64,000 nt of DNA from an uncultured Clostridia bacterium (lineage in GTDB: Bacteria; Bacillota; Clostridia; Christensenellales; UBA1242): positions 38,917 to 102,916 of the forward strand of contig CAJOLU010000001.1 of the NCBI GenBank assembly GCA_905235475.1, in the 5' to 3' direction. The translations under genes were made by a program, and so were the position numbers. The notes under the pieces are model-generated. The model did not search any database. It saw only the letters and a program-made list of their open reading frames with translations, and was not told the DNA's origin. Positions 27,890 through 36,248 of the stretch are shown here, piece after piece (within the stretch, counting starts at the first letter, position 1; each line of letters begins with the position of its first letter).

Positions 27890-29218
27890 ATGACACGAAC
27901 TGGCAAAATTACAACCATTTTTTTGGCAATAACAATTGCTTTGTTGGTTGCGTTGATGGCAACTTATATTGCAATCACAAACAACAAAATTGATAATTAT
28001 AAAGAGCAACTTAATAACACATATCAAAGTAATGTTTATAGCCTTGGTGATGAGATGGACAATATTGAAGTAACACTTTCAAAAATAAATGTGTCTAACT
28101 CAAAAACGGAGCAAGAAAAATATTTAACTGAATTAGTTTCTCTTTGCAAAATGGCACAAAATAGTTTATCTTCACTGCCAATTGAGCATAACTTAATCAC
28201 AAACACATATAAATTTGTAAATCAACTTAGTGGATATGCTTATGCTCTTAACGAGAATATGAGCAAAGGGGGAAGTCTTTCCACTCAAGATAAACAACAA
28301 CTACAAGATTTACACGCAAGTTCACAAGAAATAAAAAATGAAATTAATAATTTGATTGTGGAAATGAGTTTAGACTATTCCATTGTGGATAACATTTCTC
28401 CAAACGCACAAGCAAATGGATTTAGTCAAAACTTTTCTGGCATTTTTGATGAAACAATAAAGTATCCATCACTTATTTATGATGGACCATTTAGCGATGC
28501 CATACAAAACAAAGAAGTGAAAGGTCTTATGCCAAAAGTATTCACACAAACAGAGGCAGAAGACAAGGTTAAAAAGTTGTTTGGTGAGTTTGAAGTGACT
28601 TTTGATGATGAAACCAACTCAAAAGATTTTGAAACATATAACTTTTCTCTAAAAAAAGATAGCGTTAGTGGATATGTTCAAATAACTAAAAAAGGTGGTT
28701 TTGTTTTAAGTTACAACATAGAAAATAATGGCACAAAGGTTACAAAAAGCATTATTGAGTGCGAATTTATTGCACAAGAGTTTGCTAAAAAAATGGGTAT
28801 TGAAAACGCAGAAATTGTTTGGAGCCAAGATGCCAATAGTTGTGTTTATTGCAACATCTGTTATGTTCAACAAGGAATTATCATTTATCCAGATATGGTT
28901 AAAGTGAAAGTTTGCAGACAAACTGGAGATGTTATTGGCTTTGAGGCACAATCTTGGGCATATAACCACACAGAACGTAAGATAGAAAGCCCACAACTAT
29001 CACAAGAACAAGCGAGAGCAAAACTTAACGCAAATATGGAAGAAATTAGTGCAAGATTGTGCGTTATTCCAACTGAATACAGCGGAGAAAAACTTGCTTG
29101 GGAGTTTAAGTGCTATTGTGATGGCGCTATATATTATGTTTATATTAATGCAAACACGGGCGAAGAACTTGATGTGCAAAAAGTTATTCACACGGAGAAT
29201 GGAAATCTTTTAATGTGA
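27890..29218 (+). CDS. ypeB: Germination protein YpeB
   Basis: 442 aa with an N-terminal TM and C-terminal PepSY-like repeats, immediately downstream of sleB as in the canonical sleB-ypeB operon. Confidence 0.75.
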   Translation: MTRTGKITTIFLAITIALLVALMATYIAITNNKIDNYKEQLNNTYQSNVYSLGDEMDNIEVTLSKINVSNSKTEQEKYLTELVSLCKMAQNSLSSLPIEHNLITNTYKFVNQLSGYAYALNENMSKGGSLSTQDKQQLQDLHASSQEIKNEINNLIVEMSLDYSIVDNISPNAQANGFSQNFSGIFDETIKYPSLIYDGPFSDAIQNKEVKGLMPKVFTQTEAEDKVKKLFGEFEVTFDDETNSKDFETYNFSLKKDSVSGYVQITKKGGFVLSYNIENNGTKVTKSIIECEFIAQEFAKKMGIENAEIVWSQDANSCVYCNICYVQQGIIIYPDMVKVKVCRQTGDVIGFEAQSWAYNHTERKIESPQLSQEQARAKLNANMEEISARLCVIPTEYSGEKLAWEFKCYCDGAIYYVYINANTGEELDVQKVIHTENGNLLM

Positions 29219-29282
29219 TAAAAACGCAATAAAGCAAAGTAAAATTCAATATTTCTTTGCTTTGTGTTTTTGTTATAAAGAG

Positions 29283-29311
29283 TTTACAAAAACAAATTTT
29301 TATGTTAAAAT
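29283..29311 (+). promoter_or_regulatory. Sigma-A type promoter of the Rho-like gene
   Basis: TTTACA, 17 nt, TGtTAAAAT. Confidence 0.45.
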
Positions 29312-29329
29312 AATTCTATGAGGTTATTG

Positions 29330-30622
29330 ATGGACGATAAAAAATTTACAAAAGATACTTTGAATGTTCTTGGCATTTTTCAACTTCGTGATTTGGCTAG
29401 AAGTGTTGGAGTTCATTTGCCAACAACATACAAGAAAGATGATTTAATTGAAAAAATATTGCAAGTGGCAAACGGGGAAACAATGCCGTTTGTTCCTAAA
29501 AACAAAAAAGGGAGGCCACCAAAAAATTTGGTGGATGTGAATAGGGATTTTTCACAATTTGCACAACAAAGTCAAAATAAGACCGCAAAGTTTTCGTGGC
29601 TTTTAGGAGAACTCGTTCCCGTTGCAAATGGGCTTAATTTTGTTGATGAATTAAAAGTTTGTATGCCTGATGCTGTGTTTTATTACAAAGAAGAAAACAA
29701 ACCAAAAGAGGAAATTGGAATTGTGTTTGTTGAGCCTAGTGGGGCAGGGGCGTTTCATATTGGTGGACTGAACAAACTATCTTTAAATGATATTGCATAT
29801 ATTGCATGTGATGTTATTCGCGCCTACAACATTAAAACTGGCGATGAACTTAAATGCAATGTTTATGTTAATTTGGAAAACGAAAAAGTTGTTAATGAAA
29901 TTTTTGAAATTAATGGCAAAAAGTTAAATGAGTTTAAAAGATCTTATGATGCAGAAAGCTCCTTTGATTCAATTAATCCAGTAGAACAAATAATTTTTGA
30001 TGATGCTTCGCTTGATTTTCTAAATAAAGCAGCACCAATAGGAAAAGGTCAAAGAGTTTGTGTGCGTGCTGAAAAAATGCAAATATGTTCACAGTTTTTG
30101 AGCAAGGTGGCAAGTAATGCATGCAAAAAAAATATAAAAACTATTGTTATTGCAATTGATAAAAGACCAGAAGAAAAATCTCTTTATAGTGGAGATGGCA
30201 TTGAATATTTGTTCTGTAACTTTGATGTTATGCCGTTTAGACAAATGTATATGGTTAATCTTGGAATTGAAAGAGCAAAAAGGCTTTGTGAAATGGGTTT
30301 TGATGTTGTGCTTTGTGTTGATAATATGTTGTCTGCTCTTCGTGCATATGATTGTTTTTATGAAAAGAGTGATAACAGTGGTTATAGCATGGAAGCACAA
30401 ATTGCTGTGAAGAAGATTTTTGCAACTGGCGGGAATGTGTTGAATGCTGGAACAATCACATTATTTGCTGGAGTTTGTGAGGGTGATATGGATGCTAACA
30501 AGTTTTTTGATAGTGTTGAAATTTTCTGTAATAGTCACATATATTTATCAAAAGATGAAAATAATGATTTCTCTATCTTGCAAAAAAGTTACACTGAAAA
30601 TGACAAAAAATTGTTAAAATAA
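29330..30622 (+). CDS. Rho-like protein (Rho_N, OB RNA-binding domain, RecA-like domain) with degenerate ATPase motifs
   Basis: Collinear with E. coli Rho: LRDLAR..G.....YKKDDLIEKIL (Rho_N); GIVFVEPSGAGAFHI...DIAYIA...IRAYNIKTGDEL (OB); PIGKGQR, IDKRPEE, RAKRL and VDNMLSALRAYD (RecA-like). Walker A PPKAGKT reads AEKMQIC, and Walker B LLIDE reads IAIDK. The ATG at 29330 follows a GAGG RBS. Confidence 0.7.
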   Translation: MDDKKFTKDTLNVLGIFQLRDLARSVGVHLPTTYKKDDLIEKILQVANGETMPFVPKNKKGRPPKNLVDVNRDFSQFAQQSQNKTAKFSWLLGELVPVANGLNFVDELKVCMPDAVFYYKEENKPKEEIGIVFVEPSGAGAFHIGGLNKLSLNDIAYIACDVIRAYNIKTGDELKCNVYVNLENEKVVNEIFEINGKKLNEFKRSYDAESSFDSINPVEQIIFDDASLDFLNKAAPIGKGQRVCVRAEKMQICSQFLSKVASNACKKNIKTIVIAIDKRPEEKSLYSGDGIEYLFCNFDVMPFRQMYMVNLGIERAKRLCEMGFDVVLCVDNMLSALRAYDCFYEKSDNSGYSMEAQIAVKKIFATGGNVLNAGTITLFAGVCEGDMDANKFFDSVEIFCNSHIYLSKDENNDFSILQKSYTENDKKLLK

Positions 30623-30635
30623 CATTAAAAAATAT

Positions 30636-30666
30636 AAAAACACTTAAATATTTAAGTGTTTTTTTT
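30636..30666. terminator. Bidirectional terminator between the convergent Rho-like gene and the ger operon
   Basis: AAAAACACTTAAA / TTTAAGTGTTTTT palindrome flanked by A- and T-runs. Confidence 0.6.
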
Positions 30667-31903
30667 AATATTTGCTTGTCATTTTAACATCAATTGTGAT
30701 TAACAGATTTTGCATATAATCATCAGGATTTTCCAAAGACATAAGATAATTTTTCCAGCTTTTGTTTAGTTTGTTATTGAATATATTAAACACTCCAATA
30801 ATATCAAAATTATTTTCTTTTGAAATGGTTAAGGCTTGTTGTATTTCATCATAAATTTTTTCTTGAACTTTTTGTTTGAAATCGTCTGTTAACATATTAT
30901 TATGAATTGACCGTATGTTATCATTTTCATTTATGATGTTGTCCACAAAACACTCAAAACTAATTGATGTTTTTAAAACTAAACTATTATTAATAATGCT
31001 CGCATCGAATGTGGATTTTTCATTTTTTAATTTTAGTGTTATGTTTGCGTTTTGTAAATTTTGGTTGGAATAGTTTTCAATACTTAAGTAACCACTTTGT
31101 GATTTTGTGTCTAGCCAAGCAAAATATCCAATTTCTTCATTGGTAAGCTTTGCAATTTTTCTCCCGTTTTTAAGAATGATGGCATCGCCTTTGTTGGAAA
31201 GTGTTTTTTTGCTTTGTGAATTATCTTGTTTATTTTGTGAGGAGCCACTTTCACTAGGCGATGAGGTGTTATTTCCCTCATTTTGAGAACTGTTTTGAGA
31301 ATTGCTAATTTCTTCTAAACTTATGCTTCCCATAACAGAACAATGTGTTTCGCTTAAATAATCATTAAATAATCCAATTAAAGTTGTGTTGGAAGAGTTG
31401 TAATGCTCTTGATTGAATTTTGCAATATTTTGCAAATTGTTTATGTTATTCTCGCTTAATGAAGAATTGACTTCCAATATTTCTTTTGCCTTTTTATCTG
31501 TGTGCAAAATTGCAGAGTTGTTGCCCATAATGTTAGAACGCATTAAGTAATCTAAGTCTTTTGTCACATCTGTTTGCGTGAATTCATCACCTAAAATGAT
31601 AATATAACAATGTGCAAGCCCTAACTCTTGCCCAATCTTTATTTCAATTGCATTAATGGCTTTTGCTATGTTTTCGCCTTTGGCTGAACTTATTGTTTGC
31701 TTTGGGGCATAACTTGAACTTGGTTCTGGAACCAAAACAGAAACAGAAACTTCAAGTTGTTCACCAACTTTATCTATTCCAATTCCCGACACAATGGCAA
31801 TTTGTTGTATTTGACTTTGTTTATATATTCCTTGCGGAAGTAAAAAAGCCAAGAATAGAGCAACAAGCCATGCCACAATTTTATATTTTAATGCTTTGTT
31901 CAT
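30665..31903 (-). CDS. Spore germination protein, Ger(x)C family
   Basis: 412 aa, third gene of a gerA-type A-B-C operon. Contains an internal Ser/Asn/Gln-rich insert. Confidence 0.7.
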   Translation of the reverse strand: MNKALKYKIVAWLVALFLAFLLPQGIYKQSQIQQIAIVSGIGIDKVGEQLEVSVSVLVPEPSSSYAPKQTISSAKGENIAKAINAIEIKIGQELGLAHCYIIILGDEFTQTDVTKDLDYLMRSNIMGNNSAILHTDKKAKEILEVNSSLSENNINNLQNIAKFNQEHYNSSNTTLIGLFNDYLSETHCSVMGSISLEEISNSQNSSQNEGNNTSSPSESGSSQNKQDNSQSKKTLSNKGDAIILKNGRKIAKLTNEEIGYFAWLDTKSQSGYLSIENYSNQNLQNANITLKLKNEKSTFDASIINNSLVLKTSISFECFVDNIINENDNIRSIHNNMLTDDFKQKVQEKIYDEIQQALTISKENNFDIIGVFNIFNNKLNKSWKNYLMSLENPDDYMQNLLITIDVKMTSKY

Positions 31904-32972
31904 TTTTTCTCCTAATAATTATTAATAGAATGGTGAGAAACAAAAATAATGCCATAAGTGAGCCAATTAAATATGACCAAGTGTTAGTAATTTGTTGTTC
32001 CATAACAATTATACTGAACTCATTAATTCCCGCAATGGCAACAATTAATGCAATGGATATGCTTGTTGAAACAAGTGAGCGTTTGAATCCAAAGATCCAA
32101 CGAAGGCACAAACTTAAAGCATACAATAAAACGCTTGTTGTTAAAATTAAGGCAATAACGCAAACAACAACAGCAAGCCAGTTTAGTCTACCCAAATCGG
32201 AAACAAAGGGGTTATATTGTGGTAAATCGGCAAGAGCAAACTCAACATAAATTGTGCTTGGTCCATACACAAGATAGAAAATGAATGTTATACTTAAAAG
32301 AAGTAGTGATGCAAATAGTGTTGCAGATGTAAATTTTAGGACAAAGTGATTTGAAAATTTTATTTTGCCCATAAAGAGTAACAAAATTAATCCGTTACCT
32401 CTATAAAAGAGTTGTGCCCAAAGCCCATCAAGTGTTTGTGAAAATCCATTTTCAAAAATTGGCAAGATGTTGTTGAAGTCCACTCCATCAATAGAAGTTA
32501 GTGCACATATAAAAATTCCAAGTAAAACAAAAATGTAAAATATCTCAATAGTTCTTGAAATGGTTGTTATTCCTTTCACTGAAAAGTAGCCGCAAACAAA
32601 TGCTATTGGAATGATATAAATCCAAACATTAAGTTCATCATACAAAAATTTAACAAAGAAAGTGAAAGTTTCTTCAGCAAGATAAACAACTTTAAAAAGA
32701 ATAAACACAAACATAAGGCTTAAAAGAAGTTTTGACACAAATTTTCCAAAAGTTTTGTTTAGTAATTCAAAAAATGTGATATCCTGGTGTTTTTTGAGCA
32801 GTATAATAACTAAAAATAGGATTATAAAGTCAAAAATTGCACCAAATAATATGCTCCAAAAAGCATCTTTTTTTGCAAATTCATAAACAATTGGTGGAAA
32901 AGTTAAAATTTTTGTGCTTAAAAGCAGAAATATTGATATAAGAATGAACTGATGTGAAGATATTTCTTTCAT
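31881..32972 (-). CDS. Spore germination protein, GerAB-type permease
   Basis: 363 aa, about 10 TM segments, middle gene of the operon. Confidence 0.75.
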   Translation of the reverse strand: MKEISSHQFILISIFLLLSTKILTFPPIVYEFAKKDAFWSILFGAIFDFIILFLVIILLKKHQDITFFELLNKTFGKFVSKLLLSLMFVFILFKVVYLAEETFTFFVKFLYDELNVWIYIIPIAFVCGYFSVKGITTISRTIEIFYIFVLLGIFICALTSIDGVDFNNILPIFENGFSQTLDGLWAQLFYRGNGLILLLFMGKIKFSNHFVLKFTSATLFASLLLLSITFIFYLVYGPSTIYVEFALADLPQYNPFVSDLGRLNWLAVVVCVIALILTTSVLLYALSLCLRWIFGFKRSLVSTSISIALIVAIAGINEFSIIVMEQQITNTWSYLIGSLMALFLFLTILLIIIRRKNEQSIKI

Positions 32973-34414
32973 TTTTTCAACCTCTTCTTATTTGTGTTTG
33001 GAAAGCTGTTGGGCCTATAAACAAAGTCGGTTACCGGTTTTTTAAACAAAGCGTCTTTTTGGTCACTTTTAACATATGGTCCAAATGGGGCAAGGTATGG
33101 GGCAGAATAATTTTCCATTCCGCACAAATATCCAACCAAAAACAGTGAGCCCAAAATAATTCCATAAAACCCTAGAACACCACCCAGCACTGTGAAAATA
33201 ATTCGAAGTATTGAAATTTGCACATTTTGGTTTGGAACGGTGTAACTCATAACGCCAGTGAGTGCAACAATCAAGACAGCAGGTGGACTAATAAGTCCCG
33301 CCTTCACCGCTGTGTCTCCCAAAATGAGTGCACCAACAACAGATAGTGCAAGTCCTAAATATCGTGGCATTCTAAGGCTCGCTTCATACAATATTTCAAA
33401 CAAAAAAATGATAAACAAAACTTCCAAAAATGGAGAAAGCGGGATTCCCTCAATGCTGTTTGCAATGCTTATTAAAAGTTTTAGTGGAATGAGTTTATAG
33501 TGATATAGCATCATAGAAACATAAAGCCCAGGTAAAATTATGGCAAGCATTGCTCCAAAAACTCTTAACCACCTAAGAAATGTTGCTGATGTTGAAGTGG
33601 AGTAATAGTCATTTGAGTTTTGAAAGTCTTCCAACAAAATGTATGGAAGAGTTAGCACAATTGGGGAACCATCACAAATTATTGCAACTCTTCCCTCCAA
33701 AAGTTTTGCGGCGATTATATCAGGCTTTTCAGCATTTCCAATTTGCCTAAAAACGGAGTGGCGTCGGTCTTCTAGAAAAGCGGTTAAATAACTTGAATCA
33801 ATAATGCCATCAATCTCAATTTTGTTCAGTTTATCTCTAATTTTCTTCACAATTTGTTCATCGGCAATGCTAGAAATATAACATAGCCTTATTTGTGTTT
33901 TTGTGTATTTGCCAATTTCAAGTTTTTCAAACAAAACATCTGGGTTTTTTAGCCTTTTTCGAATGAGTGACACGTTTGTTGTGATGTCTTCCACAAATCC
34001 CTCTCGTGGGCCGTGTATCACAGCACTTGTTGGGGGTTCGGAAACGGCCCTAATTGGCCATTTTGTGCTCCCAACGCAAGTTGCTTCTTTGGCTCCATTA
34101 AATAAAATGATGCAAAATCCGTTGTTTATGTTTGTTATGATTGTTTCGAGTTCGCTTTCTATGGAAACTTGTGCAAAAGAAACAATTTTGTCCATAGCCA
34201 CTTTTGCAACTTTATCGTTCTTTTTTAGTTTTGTTTCTTGCAAAGGCTTCAAAACTCCAGAGATTAAGAATTGTTTGTCAACACTTCCATCTAAAAAAAC
34301 AAGTGCAGATTGTGTGTTTTGAAAAGATAAAAATTCACGCACAATAAGGTCTTGTGAGTTGTGGAATTTTTTTTGAATTGTTTGGATATTCTTTTGAAGA
34401 GAAGAACTTAGCAT
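32969..34414 (-). CDS. Spore germination protein, GerAA type
   Basis: 481 aa; soluble N-terminal half plus a C-terminal TM bundle. The segment EPPTSAVIHGPREGFVE is typical of GerAA. Confidence 0.8.
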   Translation of the reverse strand: MLSSSLQKNIQTIQKKFHNSQDLIVREFLSFQNTQSALVFLDGSVDKQFLISGVLKPLQETKLKKNDKVAKVAMDKIVSFAQVSIESELETIITNINNGFCIILFNGAKEATCVGSTKWPIRAVSEPPTSAVIHGPREGFVEDITTNVSLIRKRLKNPDVLFEKLEIGKYTKTQIRLCYISSIADEQIVKKIRDKLNKIEIDGIIDSSYLTAFLEDRRHSVFRQIGNAEKPDIIAAKLLEGRVAIICDGSPIVLTLPYILLEDFQNSNDYYSTSTSATFLRWLRVFGAMLAIILPGLYVSMMLYHYKLIPLKLLISIANSIEGIPLSPFLEVLFIIFLFEILYEASLRMPRYLGLALSVVGALILGDTAVKAGLISPPAVLIVALTGVMSYTVPNQNVQISILRIIFTVLGGVLGFYGIILGSLFLVGYLCGMENYSAPYLAPFGPYVKSDQKDALFKKPVTDFVYRPNSFPNTNKKRLKK

Positions 34415-34488
34415 AAAAACCCCTCAAACAAATTATTGAACACAAGAAAAGTTTTTATACTAAAAAAGTGATATTTTAAACCAATAAC

Positions 34489-34517
34489 TTGACATATTAA
34501 GTTTTTTGCAATAAAAT
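34489..34517 (+). promoter_or_regulatory. Sigma-A type promoter of glnS-alaS
   Basis: TTGACA, 17 nt, TAAAAT. Confidence 0.5.
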
Positions 34518-34548
34518 TATTAGATAGAAAAGCTTAAAGGGAAGGAAT

Positions 34549-36246
34549 ATGAAAAAACTTTTAAAAACAGATATTGAAAACATTGAAACTGAAAATTTTA
34601 TTGAAGCTGAAGTTAAAAAAGATTTGTTAAATGGCACATATGACCATGTTTTAACTCGTTGTCCACCAGAACCAAGTGGTTATTGGCACATAGGGCACTG
34701 CAAGGCGTGGTTTATAGACTTTGAAACTGCCAAAAAGTTTGGGGGAAAAACAAATCTTAGAATGGATGACACAAATCCAACAAAAGAAGACGGAGATTTT
34801 GCTTCGAACTATGTTGATGAACTTAAGTGGCTTGGATATGTTCCAGAAAAAGTTATTTATTCAAGTGAAGCATATTTTGATATTATGTATGACTTGGCAA
34901 AAAAACTTATTGAAAAAGGGAAGGCTTATGTTTGTCAACTTTCAGCGGAAGAAATGAAAACAATGCGTGGTGACCTTAAAAATGCTGGTAAGGAAAGTCC
35001 ATATAGAAACAGACCAATAGAGGAAAGTTTAAAACTTTTTGAAGATATGAAAAATGGTAGGGTTAAAGATGGAGAAATGACTCTCAGGGCAAAAATTGAT
35101 ATGGCACACCCAAACATGAATATGCGTGACCCAGTTATATATCGTGTTATGCACGAAAATCACTATAAAACAGGGGATAAGTGGTGTATTTATCCAATGT
35201 ATGACTTTGCTCACCCAATTGAAGATGTTTTAGAAGGGGTGACTCATAGCCTTTGCACAATTGAATTTGAAGACCACAGACCACTATATAATTGGTTTGT
35301 TGATAATTGTTTTGAAAACCTTCCATACAAGCCAAGACAAATTGAGTTTGCTGCCCTTAAGTTTGAAAATGTTTTGATTGGAAAGCGTTATATGAAAAAG
35401 CTTGTAAATAGCAAGAAAGTTATGGGGTGGGACGACCCAAGGTTTTACACTATTGCGGGAATGAGAAAAAGAGGCATAACAGCACAAGCAATAAAAAACT
35501 TTATTAACTCAGCAGGAGTTACAAAAGCGGAATCAATCATTCCAATTTCTGCGCTAGATTATTACATTCGCGATGACTTAAACAAAATAGCAACAAGAGT
35601 TATGGCAGTTTTCAATCCTTTAAAAGTTGTTATAACCAACTATGAAGGCTCTGGCGAAGATATTGAAGTTGAAAATAATCCAAACGAAGAAATAAAAACA
35701 TTCCATAAATCAAGATTTGGAAAAGAAATATTTATTGAACAAGAAGATTTTAGTTTAACTCCACCGCCTAAATATAATAGATTAACCCTTGGTGGATATG
35801 TTAGACTTAAAAATGCTTACATAATTAAGTGTAATAATGTTATTTATGATGAAAATGGAAACATTGATCATCTTGAATGCGAATATTTTAAGGATAGCAA
35901 AAGTGGTCAAGACACAAGTGGCATAAAGGTTAAGGGAACCATTCAATTTGTTGAAAATAATAATTTTGTGGAAACCACTGTAAGGCAATTTAAAAACCTT
36001 ACAAAAATGGACATATTAGAGCCAAGTAAAGCACTTGAAAATGGGGCGGAACTTGATGATATAATAGAACCAAATTCAATGACAGAAACAAAAGTTCTGG
36101 TTGAGAAATATGTTTTGTCTTGTGAGGAAGAAACAAGTTTTCAGTTTATTAGAAAAGGTTATTATTATCTTGTGAAGAAAGATGACAAAAATCTAATTTT
36201 TAATGAAACGGTTGGTTTAAAAGATAATTTTAAAGTAGGTAAATAA
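34549..36246 (+). CDS. glnS: Glutaminyl-tRNA synthetase
   Basis: 565 aa, collinear with E. coli GlnRS: PPEPSGYWHIGH, LRMDDTNP, CIYPMYDF.H and GWDDPR. Confidence 0.85.
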   Translation: MKKLLKTDIENIETENFIEAEVKKDLLNGTYDHVLTRCPPEPSGYWHIGHCKAWFIDFETAKKFGGKTNLRMDDTNPTKEDGDFASNYVDELKWLGYVPEKVIYSSEAYFDIMYDLAKKLIEKGKAYVCQLSAEEMKTMRGDLKNAGKESPYRNRPIEESLKLFEDMKNGRVKDGEMTLRAKIDMAHPNMNMRDPVIYRVMHENHYKTGDKWCIYPMYDFAHPIEDVLEGVTHSLCTIEFEDHRPLYNWFVDNCFENLPYKPRQIEFAALKFENVLIGKRYMKKLVNSKKVMGWDDPRFYTIAGMRKRGITAQAIKNFINSAGVTKAESIIPISALDYYIRDDLNKIATRVMAVFNPLKVVITNYEGSGEDIEVENNPNEEIKTFHKSRFGKEIFIEQEDFSLTPPPKYNRLTLGGYVRLKNAYIIKCNNVIYDENGNIDHLECEYFKDSKSGQDTSGIKVKGTIQFVENNNFVETTVRQFKNLTKMDILEPSKALENGAELDDIIEPNSMTETKVLVEKYVLSCEEETSFQFIRKGYYYLVKKDDKNLIFNETVGLKDNFKVGK

Positions 36247-36248
36247 TA

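Noticed and set aside
34415-34548. T-box or riboswitch leaders upstream of glnS/alaS (and likewise upstream of tkt, glmM, the Na/Pi transporter and pgk).
   Set aside because: The leaders are only ~30-130 nt, and I found no T-box motif or terminator/antiterminator alternative.
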